Below are positions 62,860 through 64,000 of a stretch of 64,000 nucleotides of DNA, one piece after another. Positions within the stretch are counted from its first letter, which is position 1. Every line of letters starts with the position of its first letter. The notes below the pieces were generated by a model. It had not been told where the DNA came from. It made no database searches and saw nothing but the letters and a program-made list of their open reading frames with translations. The DNA lies in IMG/VR virus record IMGVR_UViG_3300050821_010639, positions 32,001 to 96,000 of that record; one strand, written 5' to 3'. This stretch comes from a virus. Position numbers and translations under genes: made by a program.

Positions 62860-62945
62860 CGGGTGCCTGCCCTCTGCTCGGAAGTGCTTACGACACCAGG
62901 CTACCGGATGACTTGACTTGAGTCAAGAGAGTGAGGATATTCCGC

Positions 62946-63986
62946 TCACGGGCGGCACATGCCCGCGTAGTCGCAGGGCTCGCCCTCGAAGCAGCCGCCA
63001 GGACCCGGGCACCTGCCCTCGTTGGCCGAGTAGCCCGGCGGGGTGACCGGCACCCACGGGTCTAGCCTGGCGTCGGCGCGGGCGCACCCGCCGCGCTCGA
63101 TGTACTGCCGCCAGCCCTCCTCGCTGCCGTGGCAGAGCATGCTCGCGGTGACCTTGACCATTTCGAGCACGGCCAGGGCAAAGGTGTCAGCTGCCTGCTC
63201 CCTCGGCAAGCCGATGTGCCCGATGCCCTCGACCCGGACGTACAGGACGGGAGTGAACTCAGCCATCGTCAGCAGTGCGGGCAGTCGTTGGCGTCACCGG
63301 AAACCGGAAGGCTGGCTACCGGGCGCTCGCGCTGCTGCCAGGCCGGGTAGCCCTCCAGGGGCTCGCCCGCCTCGAACCGCTCGGCGTAGAGCTTGGCTGA
63401 CTCGGCGAGCGCCGCCAGCTCGGGCTTCCCGCCAGGGCGGCCGGGGCCGCGGCCGAGCGGAAAGGCGATGGCGCTCTCCGCTGCCTCGCGAGCGATCACA
63501 GCCGTCAGGTTCACGGCAGCGGCACTGATCGAGAAGCGGCACAGCCGGACCTCCCGCTCTCCGGTGAGGACCAGGTAACCATGCCTGCTCCCGTAGGCGA
63601 ACGCGCAAGTCTCGCCGTGTATCCACTCCATCAGGTCCCCCCCAGTCCGAGCATTTCCGGCCGATGCCCCAGGGCAAGCCACGTCAGTCCTCCCTGGCGT
63701 ACTCGGCCACCCGGCCAGCAGGTGACCCGAGCCAGGGCTGCGCCTGGGGCGGGGCCGGGCGCTCCCGGCCGCCGGTGAGCCAGCCGTGCCATAGCAGGGT
63801 GCCGTCGTCCTCGAAAACCACGGCGTAGTCGTCCGTGGAGATGTCGCTCCGGTCGGTGTCGGTGTAGTCGGTGATGACGCCGGCGGTGTCCCCGCCGGCG
63901 TCCAGGGCTGCGCGGATGGCCGGCTCCTGGTACTCCTCGTCAGCGTCGATCCGCCCTTCGCCGACCTTGAAAACCTTGATCTTCAC
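62946..63986 (-). other. Three hypothetical CDS (62946-63266, 63269-63631, 63684-63986)
   Basis: GC3-rich ORFs. Confidence 0.55.
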
Positions 63987-64000
63987 TACTCGGGCTCCCT

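Larger units (their letters stand above)
31683..62872 (-). repeat. Start-associated leader motif GGGCAGGCAC, often preceded by GCAACCGA
   Basis: Plus-strand GTGCCTGCCC at 31683, 36423, 37269, 37783, 38482, 40006, 42993, 44723, 45309, 45434, 45939, 46552, 46841, 48395, 50759, 52053, 52349, 55851, 62863. Nearly all lie 0-6 nt from a start codon. Confidence 0.92.
1297..62927. repeat. Dispersed 16-bp palindrome CTTGAC-N4-GTCAAG (operator-like box and -35 element)
   Basis: Exact copies start at 1297, 13418, 27719, 35939, 36473, 37831, 38188, 38846, 41371, 41715, 43043, 44050, 45364, 46599, 46888, 48442, 49141, 50806, 52098, 52402, 52714, 55896, 56487, 60751, 62912. Near-copies at 15716, 29555, 31755, 35090, 35494, 35517, 37333, 40044, 53105. 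Confidence 0.95.

Noticed and set aside
1297-62927. Palindrome as an HspR HAIR site or LexA box
   Set aside because: HAIR is CTTGAGT-N7-ACTCAAG and the actinobacterial SOS box is TCGAAC-N4-GTTCGA; neither matches.
1-64000. tRNA, rRNA, integrase, transposase or virion structural genes
   Set aside because: None recognised by eye; tRNAscan-SE and HMM searches were not run.

Overview
GC-rich (roughly 70% by eye) segment of a large actinobacterial mobile genome, most likely a phage. No capsid, terminase or integrase gene lies in the window, so a giant plasmid or ICE is not excluded. Almost every gene is on the minus strand. About 1-23 kb is a replication, recombination and expression block: RecA, RuvC-like resolvase, SSB-like protein, family A DNA polymerase, HolA- and HolB-like clamp-loader subunits, DnaB-like helicase, primase Zn-finger, C5-methyltransferase, sigma factors, SNF2 helicase, and a lone plus-strand ribosomal protein bL12 (rplL). 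About 23-35 kb is accessory: VIT1, DUF1003, an orphan VirD4-like coupling protein, MazG, RHH and a second methyltransferase. About 35-64 kb is a dense array of small genes built as repeated cassettes: hairpin terminator, then a palindromic CTTGAC-N4-GTCAAG box doubling as a -35 element, a -10 element, a conserved leader (GCAACCGA ... AAGGGCAGGCAC), and ORF(s). The main finding is a highly structured ~550-nt apparently non-coding transcript (about 56465 to 55917). Its 3' hairpin has a 20-nt loop that is the reverse complement of both conserved leader motifs of the cassette mRNAs, suggesting one RNA acting on dozens of genes. All calls come from reading motifs by eye; no database search was run.
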